A stretch of 64,000 bases of DNA from an uncultured bacterium (lineage in GTDB: Bacteria > Babelota > Babeliae > Babelales > JACPOV01). The position numbers and the translations under genes were made by a program. Positions 8,953 through 19,526 of this stretch are shown piece after piece (positions within the stretch are counted from its first letter, which is position 1; each line of letters begins with the position of its first letter). The DNA is taken from the NCBI GenBank assembly GCA_963744715.1, contig CAVUUR010000006.1, positions 148,299 to 212,298 of the forward strand, written 5' to 3'. A model generated the notes under the pieces. That model saw only the letters and a program-made list of their open reading frames with translations. It had not been told where the DNA came from and searched no databases.

Positions 8953-9471
8953 TTATGGGTAATATATTGTATGATCTTCTATCGTTGCATATGAACGCAA
9001 TTGGTGAATTTTTACTGAATGAATAGTATAAATATTTTTTACAACAATTCCCTGCGCCGTAAGAACATCGGCAATAAGTGAACGATGACATCTGAACGGA
9101 AGAATTTCGGCACACATGATGGCAACATGTTTTTTTGCAGCAATTTCAATTAATTTTTTTATATTTTTTTTAAACATATCAGTTTGCATGTAATCAGCAA
9201 ACCCGCGAAATGATTTATTGTGCAATCCCTGATTGATTGATTTTTTTGTTGTGTGCCGCAACCCTGATAATCCGACCATATGCCGATAACCGATTTTTTT
9301 ATTGCGTAAATAATGCGCCAACGTTTCTTTATTAAATTGTGGATTATGCTGAGAGTAGGGAATTTTTCGAATATCGATAATCTGATTGATCTGATAGTGT
9401 TCTAATATATTTTTAAATTCATCGATTGGTCGTGTAGAATGCCCAATCGTGAAAATTATTTTTTGCTTCAT
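8953..9471 (-). CDS. DUF488 family protein
   Basis: IFTIGHSTRPIDEF ... IIDIRKIPYS ... CAEILPFRCHRSLIAD matches the DUF488 pattern. Start taken at MKQKIIF. Confidence 0.75.
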   Translation of the reverse strand: MKQKIIFTIGHSTRPIDEFKNILEHYQINQIIDIRKIPYSQHNPQFNKETLAHYLRNKKIGYRHMVGLSGLRHTTKKSINQGLHNKSFRGFADYMQTDMFKKNIKKLIEIAAKKHVAIMCAEILPFRCHRSLIADVLTAQGIVVKNIYTIHSVKIHQLRSYATIEDHTIYYP

Positions 9472-9555
9472 CGCTTTTCTCATGCACAAAATATGAATCA
9501 CCAATCAAAGGTAAGATACATCAATTTCTAATCTAATCAAAAGATTATAGTAGAT

Positions 9556-10581
9556 TTATTGGTTCGACTCACCTAATTTTACTGTTTCTTCTTCTGGCAG
9601 AGTAGCTGATAAATTATTAAGAAGGTATCCTATACGCTTTTCTTTCGCTTCAAAAAAGGCCCAATTCGCTTCTTCTGAAGCATTCGTAATTTCTTGTTGT
9701 ATTCTTCCGATTTCACTAAACGATGCGGTAAGTTCATCGATAGTGGATGGAATAGTAATGGTACTTTTTTCTAATGACTTCTTAACGTCATCAGAAGATG
9801 TTGTTATTAGATGTTTATGTAATGCTAAATATCGCTCTTTAAGCTGCTCGTAGTTTTCATAATTAGAGTTTAATAACATGGTATCGAAAAAAGGCGCTTC
9901 GGCCTTTCTAAGATCATCCGCTAGATTATCTAAACAACGCCGACGCTCTGTCTGATTATCTTTATTTTTTATGAGCACATTCCACACGTTCCTAAAGTTA
10001 GAAGGTTGATATTGAGAATAGTTTATCTCTTTCGTTATACGCTCTATTATCTTGATTTCATTCTTACTGATTTTTTTTCTTCCGACAAGCGCTTCCGCTA
10101 ATCGTTGATTAGGATTAGGCACTATATTTTTTTCTTTAATAAAATCTACCAGTTCTTTATCCGACTGAGACTTGTCCAATAAATCTACCATTAAGGCAGC
10201 TACCTTGCTTTGTTGTTTGGAAAATTTAAGATTCAGTTTTGGTGAATCTTTCGATTCATCATTTACTTTAATCCATCGCAACAATCCCCGAAATGTATCA
10301 AATCTTTCAGGAGCTAAAGGTATATATTGAAAAATTTTTTCTATATGATGATTGTCAACAGAACCAAAATTTGGAATGTTAGTATCTGGAATTAACTCAA
10401 CTTGATCAATATGATGAGCAATAACTTTACAACACAAATCATATAATGAATCTATATTTTTTACTTTATTGTGCTCAATGCCAAATTCTTGTTTATTTTT
10501 TTTGGTAATAACATCAATTTCCATTGCTATGAGCGGAAATCCAAAAATTAATGTGTATAGTAGTAGTATATACTGTTTCAT
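9556..10581 (-). CDS. Secreted F-box-like protein, family copy 1 (intact)
   Basis: Signal peptide MKQYILLLYTLIFGFPLIA followed by MEID. Helix SLYDLCCKVIAHHI. F-box-like HHIEKIFQYIPLAPERFDTFRGLLRWIKV. Collinear with the two downstream decayed copies. Confidence 0.7.
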   Translation of the reverse strand: MKQYILLLYTLIFGFPLIAMEIDVITKKNKQEFGIEHNKVKNIDSLYDLCCKVIAHHIDQVELIPDTNIPNFGSVDNHHIEKIFQYIPLAPERFDTFRGLLRWIKVNDESKDSPKLNLKFSKQQSKVAALMVDLLDKSQSDKELVDFIKEKNIVPNPNQRLAEALVGRKKISKNEIKIIERITKEINYSQYQPSNFRNVWNVLIKNKDNQTERRRCLDNLADDLRKAEAPFFDTMLLNSNYENYEQLKERYLALHKHLITTSSDDVKKSLEKSTITIPSTIDELTASFSEIGRIQQEITNASEEANWAFFEAKEKRIGYLLNNLSATLPEEETVKLGESNQ

Positions 10582-10639
10582 AACAATTAACCTCCATTAA
10601 ATAAAACTTAAACCCCCAAGATACCGTAGTAAGTTAGGT

Positions 10640-11640
10640 TTATTTGCCTAACTTACCTAATTTTATTGCTTCTTGCCCTGGCAACGTAGCCGATAAATTT
10701 TTGAGTAAAAATTGCACATTACCGCTTTGATCTTTATCAAGCGCTTTTTTCCCAGCTTCTTGTTTGATATTTTTTATCCTATTAAAGGCCGTAAACTCAT
10801 CAATAGTTAAGGTATCTGATTCAATGCCGATTGTGTTTAATAGCGTCTCAGTACCAGGACAGGCTTGTACCAATGATGTATGCAATTCTGCATATCGCTT
10901 TTTAAGTTGCTGATAATGTACATAATTATTATTCAAGAGCGTAGTATCGAAAAACGGCTTTTCTGCCCTTTTAAAAGTATTTACTAACGTAGATACACAA
11001 AGCCCGCGCAATGGAGATGTCTTCTTAGCATTTATCAACGAGTTCCACGTCTTTTCAAATGAAAAACGCTCATCGGCATTGTAAGATAAGTTTTTTGTCA
11101 TTTGTTCCACTAATGTGATTTCACGTGGACTGATTGATCTTCTTTCAATAAGCGCTTGCGCCAACCATTGATGAGCATTTGGCAATATTGGACTCTTTTT
11201 AATGGCATCCAGTAGTTTCTTTTTTTCTTTATCTAGAGAAGTATCCCTACTTAATTGCTCCACCATCAATGCGGCTCGACCACTTTGTTGGTCGGGAAAT
11301 GTAATGTTTTTATCCCGAGACTGATTGTTTACCTCAATCCATTCCAATAATCGATAAGCCTATTAAGCTTTTCAGGATTTAATAAGTAATTAAAAATTTT
11401 TTCTGTGCAGTGGTCTGGAATTTGACTGAAAGCAACCGCATCAAAATTTAACTCTTTATTATTGGTAGCAATATGCTCACCAATTGCATTACAACACAAG
11501 TCATGCAACGAAGCAATTTCTCCAACAACGGCTTGCATTTCGTGTACATTTTTGTTCTTAGAAGAAGCACGATCTATTTCCATTGCTACTACTGGAAATC
11601 CCAAAAATATGCAGAGCGATAACAATATATAATGTTTCAT
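10640..11640 (-). pseudogene. F-box-like family copy 2, interrupted by one frameshift near 11329-11347
   Basis: The N-terminal ORF (MKHYILLSLCIFLGFPVVA/MEID ... IPDHCTEKIFNYLLNPEKLNRLIDYWNGLR*) and the C-terminal ORF (LLEWIEVNNQ...) are contiguous homologues of copy 1 but lie in different frames. Confidence 0.6.
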
Positions 11641-11706
11641 ATAATTCCCCCACTAGATATGGGGAATTCATAATTTAAAAACTATGAACTCCCAAAAAAA
11701 TTATGT

Positions 11707-12711
11707 TTAAAAAAGCTTAAATGTAATAAGATCAGTAGGCTGAGCTTTTAAATCTTGTATTTTATTTTTTTCTTCTTTTGGAAGAGTTGAATCTAAGTAG
11801 TCCAGTAATGAACCCACTTGATTAGTCTGCTCTGTTAAAAACTGGTGAAGATTATTGCGTCCTTTGCTAGATTCGGTTTTTTATTTTATCAACGTTGTTA
11901 AATGCAATAAGTTCATTTATGGTTAGTACGGTTAGCGTTAATATCTCTTTGACGTAATGTCATCCACATATTCAGGATCAAAGCTTATAAACATTCCGCG
12001 CAATGCTAAATATTTTCTTTGCAAATACTTCATAACCTTGATAGTTGCAATCTAACAATACTTTGTCAAAAATTGGTTCCTGCACTTCCCTTAGCTGATA
12101 AGAAGTTTGCTTGGCTAAATCGGAAGCCATTGCTTCATCTTGCTTTCCTGCTATAGCTTTCCACATACTGTATACCGGCACAGACGAATCAACTTTAGGT
12201 TTTTTTTGATTTTTTAATATCACTCCCAAAGATTTTTGGACATCCTCACCGATTATTCTTCTTTCAATAAGAGTTTTTCGGCTAATGATTGGCTCGCGTT
12301 AGATGTTTCATTATCGCTACCTAGTATCATTGATACTGCTTTGCAAACATTCTGATTAGAAAATGCAAGCTTAAGCCTTGATTGGATTTCTGATTGTTCA
12401 TTAACTTTCGCCCATTGTAACAATAATTCAAAATTTTCAGGATTTAAGCCTGCATACTCAAAAATTTTTTCTTTGTTATAATCAAAAATATTACCAAAAT
12501 TAGGTATTCCAGTATTAGTTAATTCGACTGCACCAATATTCAAACCAACAACTTTACAACATAAATCTTGTAATGAATCCGGGTTTGCCACTGCCCCTTC
12601 AATCATACGCTCTTCTTTGATTCTTTTAGAAGAACTATCTATCTCCATCATTTCCATGGCCGCTACCGGCAAACTGCATAATAATACAGATAATAATAAA
12701 TATTGTTTCAT
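11707..12711 (-). pseudogene. F-box-like family copy 3, multiple frameshifts/stops
   Basis: N-terminal ORF 12253..12711 (MKQYLLLSVLLCSLPVAA/MEMMEID ... KEKIFEYAGLNPENFELLLQWAKV). Middle fragment 11978..12229 (EPIFDKVLLDCNYQGYE). C-terminal remnant ending LLDYLDSTLPKEEKNKI...KLF* at 11707. All three lie in different frames. Confidence 0.55.
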
Positions 12712-12822
12712 AATAATCCCTAACCTTCGGTATATAAACATAAATAAGAAATTAACTATAAAAAATATAATACCATTATTTAAATAAAAAAACAAGGTGG
12801 TAATTCAGAATGAAAACTATTA

Positions 12823-14349
12823 TTATAACGATATGCCTATTTTTGCCCATGCGCCCCAGGTGCGGAAGGCAGTATTTTGTTGTGGTGTCTCAAAGAAGGC
12901 GCCCAGGCCAATAAATGTTTCACAGCAGGAAACTGATAAGAATAGATTAGTTGCTACATGCCAACGATGAACGACTGCTGCTCGTGTTGACCCGGAAAGA
13001 AGGTCAAGGTCGAACTCTACAATTGGTATAAATGCCGGCTGACTATTAACCATATCATTAGGAGCCTGTTGCGCAATCGTACTTGCACTTGCCGTAGCAC
13101 CAACGTTAGTACCTGGCACTAACGTTCCATCTCCCGCAATACCAAAAACCGGCGGGAAGTGACGATGCAATTTAAGCATTTCATCACCATGTAACCACAG
13201 ATCATAGCCAGCTTCAAATTCAACAAAATCATTTTCATAACGAAAACCTACTGAAATATCTGCCATATTAAACGGTTTTACGCGTACTTTTCTGGTGAGA
13301 ATGTTAACCGCCGGAATATTTTTTCTACCATCAAGCGCATTGAGTAAAAGGTAGCGACTCCATGCTTTGCATTTGAGATCTAACGTACGCCATTGAATAT
13401 TACGCACCAAATACAAATTTTCTATATTAAAAAATAAGGCAAGCAAATATGGATCTTGGCAGCTGTTTAACGGAAATTGAAAGTTGACCCCCGTACCAAA
13501 TACAAAATGCCGATTATTACCAAGAAAAGGATTAAAAAGAAACTCAGCTTGTTGTGGTGCTGCCGTCGGTGCAGTAAATATGGTATAGGCACCAATCTGG
13601 AATCCATCACGATTCATACATACGGTACCAAGTTTGAACACAATTTCGCTTAACCCCATTTTTTTATGAGATTTTAAGCTAATTTTGCCGAATTCCCAAC
13701 TGTTTTGATTGAATGCTTGAAAAATAGTAGTTGGAAGGCCCGGTGTATCAGGACCGGTTTGAATAATATTCTGTCTTAATTTTGGATTATTTTCTATATA
13801 CTGAATCGGCAATGCAAGTGCTATCCAAAAACCATCAAAAAAATCCGATTTAAATAATGTGGGAAATAGTTTTTGATGAAATTCAAGCCACAAACTAGCC
13901 TGACGTTGCTGCGGATTTAATTGCATAGTACCAACAAAGTTTGATGGCAAATTAATCCATTCAGCACGAATATTACGCAACTGTGGATCTTGTGCCGCAT
14001 CACCTTTAACGATAATAATATTTTGTTTATTGATCATAAAATAACGCGCAACGTTATTTAAATGTGAGGTATGTTGATACATAGCAATTGCTTGGGCACT
14101 GCTACCCCATGGATCACACGGTTCATAAACAAAATCATGCCATGCTGTTTGTTGTGCAGCTAAATTTCTGTAAACGGGTCTGGTAAACATAAATGATTGG
14201 GCATTTTTTTCAAAATGATTTGAAACAGCAGCAAACATTTGACGAGGATTAATATTTTCTGCAGGTGGAAATTCGACACAATTATCACCATACTGATTTG
14301 ATACCGACATTACCACTAAAATCAATAACGTTATCATGCTTTTCTTCAT
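12823..14349 (-). CDS. Secreted protein, possible outer-membrane beta-barrel/porin
   Basis: Signal peptide MKKSMITLLILVVMSVSN. 508 aa rich in aromatic/Gly/Asn alternating stretches. No recognisable catalytic motif. The porin assignment is a guess. Confidence 0.45.
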   Translation of the reverse strand: MKKSMITLLILVVMSVSNQYGDNCVEFPPAENINPRQMFAAVSNHFEKNAQSFMFTRPVYRNLAAQQTAWHDFVYEPCDPWGSSAQAIAMYQHTSHLNNVARYFMINKQNIIIVKGDAAQDPQLRNIRAEWINLPSNFVGTMQLNPQQRQASLWLEFHQKLFPTLFKSDFFDGFWIALALPIQYIENNPKLRQNIIQTGPDTPGLPTTIFQAFNQNSWEFGKISLKSHKKMGLSEIVFKLGTVCMNRDGFQIGAYTIFTAPTAAPQQAEFLFNPFLGNNRHFVFGTGVNFQFPLNSCQDPYLLALFFNIENLYLVRNIQWRTLDLKCKAWSRYLLLNALDGRKNIPAVNILTRKVRVKPFNMADISVGFRYENDFVEFEAGYDLWLHGDEMLKLHRHFPPVFGIAGDGTLVPGTNVGATASASTIAQQAPNDMVNSQPAFIPIVEFDLDLLSGSTRAAVVHRWHVATNLFLSVSCCETFIGLGAFFETPQQNTAFRTWGAWAKIGISL

Positions 14350-14500
14350 TGATATTCCTTTTTAATAATGAAGCATTCCCTAAAGCTTAGGATAGCTTGC
14401 GCAGAAAAACAAGTGAGATGTACAATAAAATTTTATTGATAACCATCAATTACGCTCTTTTTTATGCATACTTTAGTTCTTTTTGGATACTATTCTTCCT

Positions 14501-14545
14501 CAATACTATTTTTTTCATCCTGATGAACGCAAAAAAATAGTATTG
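14501..14545. repeat. Perfect 15-bp inverted repeat with 15-nt spacer in a divergent intergenic region
   Basis: CAATACTATTTTTTT (14501-14515) and AAAAAAATAGTATTG (14531-14545) are exact reverse complements. Confidence 0.8.
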
Positions 14546-14744
14546 CCAAGCTGCCCCAAACAATAATCAAAAAAATGGTTGTATAATTACCTATCAGAGG
14601 TTTTTGATAATCAAAACATGCTTCTATTATATTTTTTTATAAATTTTTTTTATGGAATCAAAGAATCGCAAGAGATTGCAAAATAACTGCGTTTTGTTTT
14701 ATGTTACTAGTAATACCTACCCTCATAACTCAGGAGTGGTTTAC

Positions 14745-15758
14745 ATGTCCCTATCAATAAGAAAAGTAATTACTACTATATTTGCCTTACTCATGCTAGG
14801 TTTTGTTATTATTTTTCATGAAATGGGTCATTTTTTTACCTGCAAATTATTTAACGTAGCAACGCCAGTTTTTTCCGTTGGATTTGGCCCTGCACTCATT
14901 CATCGTACCATTGGTCAAACCAGATTTCAGCTTGCACTACTGCCATTGGGTGGTTACGTTAGCATTAATAATAAAGATCTTGATACAAAACCATACTGGC
15001 AAAAAATGGTGATTACCTTAGCGGGTATTTTTAATAATATTATTCTTAGTTTATTTCTTATTATTATTCTTTTTTTAATTAATCGCTCAATAATAGTACC
15101 GGTCATAGGCGATATAACATCCGGCTCACCCGCCGATAAAGCAGGATTGCAACGTAATGATAAAATTAGTATGGTTAATCATATACCATTACATAATACC
15201 ATGACGTTACTCATGCAGATTATTCAATCATCGCCCCATAAAAATATTACGTTGAGTATTACAAGAAACAATACACCGCTTGAAAAAGTAGTACATCTGG
15301 AACGAACAATTTTTATGGGAACATCTGTCGGCTACTTAGGAGCTACTTTTTGCACCGATACCACACATACCAAATCATTCGGCACCAGCATCATGGAAGC
15401 ACTGCAAACAACAAAAGCATTAATCTATGAATATATTTTTTTATTAATAGGCTTATTTAAATCAACATCACCAAAACAGATTAAGGGCCCGTTAGGGATA
15501 CTTGCCTTAACCAGCCAAAGCCTTTCACAAGGATTATCTTTTTTTCTCTTTTTTATAGCGAGCATCAGTATTCAATTGGGAATATTCAATCTTATTCCTA
15601 TCCCACTCCTGGATGGCGGACAGGCCTTTGAATATACCCTTCAAGCAGCAACCGGCAATATGTTATCCTTTGAGGATGTCGCCCTTATTCATTACAGTAT
15701 ACTGATACTCTGCATTCTGTTCATTATTTATATTAATAGAAAGCCCCGTACTACATAA
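14745..15758 (+). CDS. rseP: RseP-like site-2 protease (M50 zinc metalloprotease with PDZ domain)
   Basis: HEMGHFF (HExxH) in the first TM. PDZ-like GSPADKAGLQRNDKI. C-terminal NLIPIPLLDGG. AGGAG at 14732-14736 lies upstream of the ATG at 14745. Confidence 0.85.
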   Translation: MSLSIRKVITTIFALLMLGFVIIFHEMGHFFTCKLFNVATPVFSVGFGPALIHRTIGQTRFQLALLPLGGYVSINNKDLDTKPYWQKMVITLAGIFNNIILSLFLIIILFLINRSIIVPVIGDITSGSPADKAGLQRNDKISMVNHIPLHNTMTLLMQIIQSSPHKNITLSITRNNTPLEKVVHLERTIFMGTSVGYLGATFCTDTTHTKSFGTSIMEALQTTKALIYEYIFLLIGLFKSTSPKQIKGPLGILALTSQSLSQGLSFFLFFIASISIQLGIFNLIPIPLLDGGQAFEYTLQAATGNMLSFEDVALIHYSILILCILFIIYINRKPRTT

Positions 15759-15790
15759 TGGCGAACATGATTTATATCAATAATTCACCG

Positions 15791-17211
15791 TTATTTTTTT
15801 GCAAGAAGATTATCAATAATTAGTTCAAGAAAATTGTTGTTTTTTCCCGGCACATAACGCGCATGCCATTCAATTAAAAAACCTTTTTTTAACGCCATAG
15901 AATGATAACCGGTAAGAATATAATTTTCTTGGGTAAATCTTAATGAGCAAAATTGTGCAGCATGAAATCCATAGAGATCCCCAGAAAATGCAGGGTTAGG
16001 TTTTGGGGCGAGGTCCCAAGTCTTAATAAATCCCTCACCACCACGCGCACCAATCTGCTGGCCATTATCATTAAAGGCGAGTGCATTAACTGATCCAAGA
16101 TCATGCGGCAATTGCGCGATAAATTTATTTTCTTGTACATTGTATAAGGCAATTTTTTCATTTTCTTTTTTGTTTCATACAATGCCATGGCGAGAATATG
16201 AGGATCAGTTGGGGCAAAAAGTGCTGAAGAAATCTCATAATCTCGTGAAAATTTAGTCCTTTCCGATGCGCCAGCACGAATAAACGTTTTTAATAAAGTA
16301 CGCGTTGCCACATTCCATAATTTAACCGCACCATCAAAAGCAGCAGAGGCCAATAAAGAACCATCACTATTAAAACTTACGGTGTGCCCAAATCCCATAT
16401 GTCTTCCCAACGTAGCTTCTTCTTTCCAGGTTTGTGTATTCCATAATTTAACCATTGCATCATCTGATGTACTTGCCAACAATGTTCCTTGTGGATTAAA
16501 AACAACAGAAGTAACCGCATCTTCATGCTGGAGGCCTGCAACTTCTTTACTATCAAACCGATCATCTAATTCAAGTATCTTGATATTGGTAGTTTGTTTA
16601 CCAAGAAAACCTACCGCAATAATATTATTATTTTTTGGATTAAAAGCTAATGATCGAATCGGTTTTTCAGTTACTTCTATTTCTTTAATTAATGATTTTT
16701 TACTCCAGTCCAAAATTTGTAATGTACCATTATAATTGCCAACAACTACGATATTAGTACCTTGTGGATGTTGCACAATAACACTTGGATTATTTTCAGT
16801 TAATATAACTGCACCAATATCTTTAAAATAATCCGGCTTTTTACTCATTATAGAGATAGCAAGGTAATCTTGAACCACATCTGCTGCTTTCCCCAATTGC
16901 TCAAGTACAGCAAAAAGCTCATCTTTATTTTGTTGTGTAACTTTTTCTATTATATAATCTGCATACTTATTTAGATCAATTTTTTTATAATCACGAGCTT
17001 CTATGTGCGGTTTTAAATCATTAAACAATGATGCAAAAACAGAAATTGGTTTTGGTTTTACTGCTATTGGCAGCTGGGCAAGCATTGTTGAAAGTTCACG
17101 TAAGTTCTGATTGAGGAGTAATAAATTATCTTGTATATCCTGCAATGCTCCTGAGCAGGTATATTCATTACCAATGAGTACAAAAAATATTATAATCAGA
17201 TAGCGCTTCAC
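15791..17211 (-). CDS. Secreted WD40-repeat protein, reading frame broken in a T6/A6 run at 16166-16171
   Basis: Signal peptide MKRYLIIIFFVLIGNEY. WD40 units (LASTSDDAMVKLWN, LASAAFDGAVKLWN, GFIKTWDL). The downstream ORF 15791..16111 continues the repeats after a 1-nt shift within ACAAAAAAGAAAATG. Confidence 0.7.
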
Positions 17212-17298
17212 TAAAACTCCTATTGCATATTTTGATAAAAAACGGTTATTTACCTAATCAAATAGCATATTCGATGCAATAAAAGCAATATAAAAAAT

Positions 17299-17328
17299 AA
17301 ATGCTCACATGTATGCATGCGAGCATTT
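17299..17328 (-). terminator. Hairpin followed by a T-rich run downstream of 17379..17867
   Basis: AAATGCTC ... GAGCATTT stem. On the minus strand it is followed by TTATTTTTTA. Confidence 0.5.
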
Positions 17329-17378
17329 ATTACATTACATAAGAAAATATCGTAATTATTTTTTTGCAGTTTTTTTCT

Positions 17379-17867
17379 TTAGTTCTTTGCTGTATAAATT
17401 GTTAATTGTGATTGAAATTCTTCATCAGTCGAAATATCAATATTTGTTCTACTGGTTAATGCATCTACAATGCTTGACACCACTTGAATTTTTGAACCAT
17501 TATTCAACGCTTCATTGCACAGTATTATTGAATAAATTGATAACTCTTTAAAAATTGGTACTAGCTTCACGCCTTTAGACTGGCTATACCGACCATATGC
17601 ACTAGCTGCACAATCGTTAAAAAAATCTGCTCTCCCTAAATAGGTAATATAATTTTTGCCATCTTCATTCACAAGCACCGCTTCCTGCATATTGCGCACA
17701 GCAAGAGTGCCGCAAAATTCAATAAATTTAGCATTATCCAAAGCATTAATTTTTGATTGTTGCCCTGATGTCAAGGCGATAGCATCAAATATTGACGTAT
17801 TATCTTGCATAGCTAAACAAGCATTAAGCACAGTGATAAAAAACAATAACATTAATTTTTGACTCAT
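17379..17867 (-). CDS. Small secreted protein (tandem paralogue of 17895..18359)
   Basis: Signal peptide MSQKLMLLFFITVLNACLA followed by MQDN. LVNEDGKNYITYLGRADFFNDCAASAYGRY aligns with VINDKGYNIISYGNLYEKSLLFNQLADDAYNRY in the neighbouring gene. Confidence 0.6.
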   Translation of the reverse strand: MSQKLMLLFFITVLNACLAMQDNTSIFDAIALTSGQQSKINALDNAKFIEFCGTLAVRNMQEAVLVNEDGKNYITYLGRADFFNDCAASAYGRYSQSKGVKLVPIFKELSIYSIILCNEALNNGSKIQVVSSIVDALTSRTNIDISTDEEFQSQLTIYTAKN

Positions 17868-17894
17868 ATTATACCTTTAGCGAACCTCAATTAC

Positions 17895-18359
17895 TTAACT
17901 AAAAAAAACACCATATTCTTCTGGTTCTAAATTTATACCGTCAAGATTAGCAATAATCAAGCTTTTCAAATCTACGGCTTGATCAATTACGCCAGCATCA
18001 TACAATATTTCATCACGCTGCACAACGTTTCTTAATATAGCAATTGCATGTTTTATTGCTTCAAATTTATTTTTATGTAAATTTTTCGCATCCTTAATAG
18101 CTGAGCTAGAGTAAAGAATTGATTTATGTGAAAAGTCTAATGCAATTTTCTTATAATTTTCGCTTGCAGCCAAATCGTTCTCAATGTACCGATTGTAAGC
18201 ATCATCAGCTAACTGATTGAATAATAAAGATTTTTCATACAAATTACCATAGCTAATTATATTGTAACCTTTATCGTTAATCACGTTAATTTCTAAATCT
18301 TGTTCCATAGCACAACAACTATGAACAAAAATGGATACTAAAAAAACTATTATATACAT
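17895..18359 (-). CDS. Small secreted protein (tandem paralogue of 17379..17867)
   Basis: Signal peptide MYIIVFLVSIFVHSCCA followed by MEQD. Similarity to the adjacent gene is as noted for that gene. Confidence 0.6.
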   Translation of the reverse strand: MYIIVFLVSIFVHSCCAMEQDLEINVINDKGYNIISYGNLYEKSLLFNQLADDAYNRYIENDLAASENYKKIALDFSHKSILYSSSAIKDAKNLHKNKFEAIKHAIAILRNVVQRDEILYDAGVIDQAVDLKSLIIANLDGINLEPEEYGVFFS

Positions 18360-18368
18360 ATGCTTTTC

Positions 18369-19373
18369 TTATCGTTGTAATTTTTGCTGTTGTAACTCTC
18401 TTGACGCATCAATATTTATAAAATCTTTGCAGAATTTTTCCAATCGTTCTTCAGGTATATTTTTTTCCAATGTATTTTCTACTATCCAATCACTCAATAA
18501 TATGCCCTCATTTAATAAATCCTTATTACGAGATGCGCTAATTTCCGATACACTGTCAAGTACTGAATTAAGATGTTTATCAATATCATCTTGATGATCT
18601 TGTTTCTTCAACGTTCTTATATACTTACTAAAACCGATATATGCCTGTTCTTGGACAGTCAAAAGCATCATAAATTTTCTTTCATCGTCAGGGGTCATTT
18701 TACGTGAAAAACTATTTTTTCTTCCTCTCGTTCGTACCGCCGACTTATTCACAGATTTTACGTATTCTTTGAATTGCCCATCGCAAAATTGCGCAAGACT
18801 ATAAGGATTTAAGTCTTTGTCCTCCAACTTAATTGCTCGAGCAGCCTTTTTTGCAAATACCTTAAATTCATCATTATACTTTCTCACAAAATTAATAACT
18901 TCTTGATGGCAACTCGCATTCATTACCTTCTCTATACGAGTTTTAGTTTGAAGAAATTGTTCCCTATCTGACTTACATTTTTCAGAACTATTCAAAGCAA
19001 CTGAATGGCGTATAAACCCCGATAAATTACCATTATTGTCCGCTATACCCTTTTCTTTAATTGCGGATAGCCTTAGCATAACTTCTAACAAACCTACCTT
19101 CTCATCATTATTTTCCATGGGTAGCGTTGGTGCTTCAGCAATATCCCCAGGATATTCAACCGCAGGCGACCTTAAGAAAACGTCCATACGTGCTTTCTGA
19201 TCATCATTATTACTTTTTATTGGTAATATCTCATTCTTTCTAATTTCATCCATTATTCGCGCAAGCACTACCTCGCCATCAGGATCTATTTGCTCAAGCT
19301 TATCATTCTCCATGCCGAAACACTGCCCTACAAAAACAGCTGAAAACATTACAAATATAAATTTATTATTCAT
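18369..19373 (-). CDS. Secreted helical protein of unknown function
   Basis: Start taken at MNNKFIFVMFSAVFVGQCFG followed by MEND. Charged, helix-prone sequence. The upstream part of the ORF looks like non-coding AT-rich read-through. Confidence 0.55.
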   Translation of the reverse strand: MNNKFIFVMFSAVFVGQCFGMENDKLEQIDPDGEVVLARIMDEIRKNEILPIKSNNDDQKARMDVFLRSPAVEYPGDIAEAPTLPMENNDEKVGLLEVMLRLSAIKEKGIADNNGNLSGFIRHSVALNSSEKCKSDREQFLQTKTRIEKVMNASCHQEVINFVRKYNDEFKVFAKKAARAIKLEDKDLNPYSLAQFCDGQFKEYVKSVNKSAVRTRGRKNSFSRKMTPDDERKFMMLLTVQEQAYIGFSKYIRTLKKQDHQDDIDKHLNSVLDSVSEISASRNKDLLNEGILLSDWIVENTLEKNIPEERLEKFCKDFINIDASRELQQQKLQR

Positions 19374-19526
19374 AAATACCTTTATTAAAAACATATTATA
19401 TACTACAAAACAATTCATAGCATAACTGAAAATGAAATAAAGTAAATATAATAAAAAAACCTTTACTGGCAAATTTATTGTATATTTTTGCACAAGAGAA
19501 AATATTTTGAAGGATAAAAATATTCG

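Noticed and set aside
9556-9580. GGTTCGACTC string resembling a tRNA T-loop
   Set aside because: There is no complementary T-stem or acceptor stem around it, and it lies inside the 3' end of a CDS. No tRNA-like cloverleaf was found anywhere in the window by eye.
14490-14619. Possible small membrane-protein ORF on the minus strand in the porin/rseP spacer
   Set aside because: Re-reading the sequence shows ATG TTT TGA: the frame closes after two codons.
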